The position numbers and the translations under genes are program-made. The notes under the pieces were generated by a model. That model did not search any database. It had not been told where the DNA came from and was given only the letters and a program-made list of their open reading frames with translations. A stretch of 64,000 nucleotides of DNA from Malacoraja senta (taxonomy: Eukaryota): assembly GCA_038087875.1 (NCBI GenBank), contig CM075987.1, positions 19,966,001-20,030,000 of the forward strand, in the 5' to 3' direction. The number at the start of each line of letters is the position of its first letter. Positions within the stretch are counted from its first letter, which is position 1. Below, in pieces: positions 62,418-64,000 of the stretch.

Positions 62418-62933
62418 GTATATAAAATTAATACCGTCTATTTATGTTAAACCTGAGATGTTGAAATATAATAAGCATCAGAATTACGCATGGATATTAA
62501 CGGCTGTTTTGAAGAAAAAAAATATGCCATCTAACCCAGTGATAGGTTTCAAGTCCATAGTATGTAAAGGCATTGCATTTAATCCATTCTCTACAATTAA
62601 CACATTACTCAATTTGTTGGAAATAGAATTTAATTTTTGTCCCATATTGGCAAATTCCATTAATTTGCAGAAGCAAATCCCCTCACAGGTGAAGTAACAG
62701 GGAATGTCAGAAATAATTCAGGCATTTTAATGGAAAATTTGCCTTTTATCCAGGAAAGGTTGGAAGCACATGCAAAATGAACCAAAATAAGGAACTGAAT
62801 GTGATTTAAAGAAAAGGGAAACAATGTTTAAAATTTGTAATTTAGATGGTATGTATGGTATATTTTGCTATTCAATCACTAAGCTTCATTTTTCTATGGG
62901 GAGTTGACTGCATAAAGGGATATGGTGCTACAT

Positions 62934-63023
62934 GGATAGACACAAAATGCTGCAGTAACTCAGCGGGTCAGGCAGCATCTCTGGAGAACATGGATAGGTG
63001 ACATTTCGGGTCGGGACCCTTCT
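62934..63023 (-). mobile_element. Penelope terminal-repeat fragment cut off by the adjacent CR1
   Basis: Reverse complement of 42987-43076; breaks inside the CTGAAGA box where the CR1 tail begins. Confidence 0.75.
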
Positions 63024-64000
63024 TAGAAACATAGAACATAGAAAAATAGGTGCAGGAGTAGGCCATTCGGCCCTTCGAGCCTGCACCGCCATTCAATATG
63101 ATCATGGCTGATCATCCAACTCGGTATCCTGTACCTGCTTTCTCTCCATACCCCCTGATCCCTTTAGCCACAAGGGCCACATCTAACTCCCTCTTAAATA
63201 TAGCCAATGAACTGGCCTCAACTACATTCTGTGGCAGAGAATTCCAGAGATTCACCACTCTCTGTGTAAAAAATGTTTTTCTCATCTCAGTCCTAAAAGA
63301 TTTCCCCTTTATCCTTAAACTGTGACCCCTTGTTCTGGACTTCCCCAACATCGGGAACTATCTTCCTGCATCTAGCCTGTCCAACCCCTTAAGAATTTTG
63401 TAAGTTTCTATAAGATCCCCCCTCAATCTTCTAAATTCTAGCGAGTACAAGCCGAGTCTATCCAGTCTTTCTTCATATGAAAGTCCTGACATCCCAGGAA
63501 TCAGTCTGGTGAACCTTCTCTGTACTCCCTCTATGGCAAGAATGTCCTTCCTCAGATTACGAGACCAAAACTGTACGCAATACTCCAGGTGTGGTCTCAC
63601 CAAGACCCTGTACAACTGCAGTAGAACCTCCCTGCCCCTATACTCAAATCCTTTTGCTATGAATGCTAACATACCATTCGCTTTCTTCACTGCCTGCTGC
63701 ACCTGCATGTCTACTTTCAATGACTGGTGTACCATGACACCCAGGTCTCGTTGCATCTCCCCTTTTCCTAATCGGCCACCATTCAGGTAATAGTCTACTT
63801 TCCTGTTTTTGCCACCAAAGTGGATAACTTCACATTTATCCACATTATACTGCACCTACCATGCATTTGCCCACTCACCATTTGCAGCCTCCTAGCACCC
63901 TCCTCACAGCTAACACTGCCCCCCAGCTTCGTGTCATCCGCAAACTTGGAGATGTTGCATTCAATTCCCTCGTCCAAATCATTAATATATATTGTAAATA
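63024..64000 (-). mobile_element. Young CR1 LINE 3' portion, running off the window
   Basis: [48 protein letters not shown]; one in-frame stop at 63358 and a short deletion near 63880. Confidence 0.93.

Overview
Eukaryotic genomic DNA, AT-rich and repeat-dense. The repeat content (HE1/V-SINE-like SINEs, HER1-like CR1 tails) suggests a cartilaginous fish, probably a skate or ray; this is an inference. The whole window lies inside one + strand fibrillar collagen gene. Thirteen consecutive phase-0 Gly-X-Y exons of 54 or 45 bp (4138-62417, 222 codons) can be read off AG/GT boundaries, and the peptide best fits COL27A1 as I remember it (about human exons 13-25). The ORF track does not recover this coding frame. 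The introns hold many transposons: a full-length but frameshifted DIRS tyrosine-recombinase retrotransposon with intact ITR/ICR termini (50684-55713), an IR/DR-type Tc1 element (20547-22591), non-autonomous hAT, Harbinger-like and Helitron-like elements, CR1, L1 and Rex/Babar LINE fragments (several nested), V-SINEs, and Neptune-type Penelope-like fragments. The Penelope terminal repeat carries a minimal hammerhead-ribozyme motif and also occurs as short fold-back elements. There is one 200-N assembly gap. The best leads are the hammerhead-bearing fold-back Penelope derivatives and the DIRS element (terminal architecture, AAT integration core, 18-aa Gag repeat array). I cannot claim a wholly new system without database searches.
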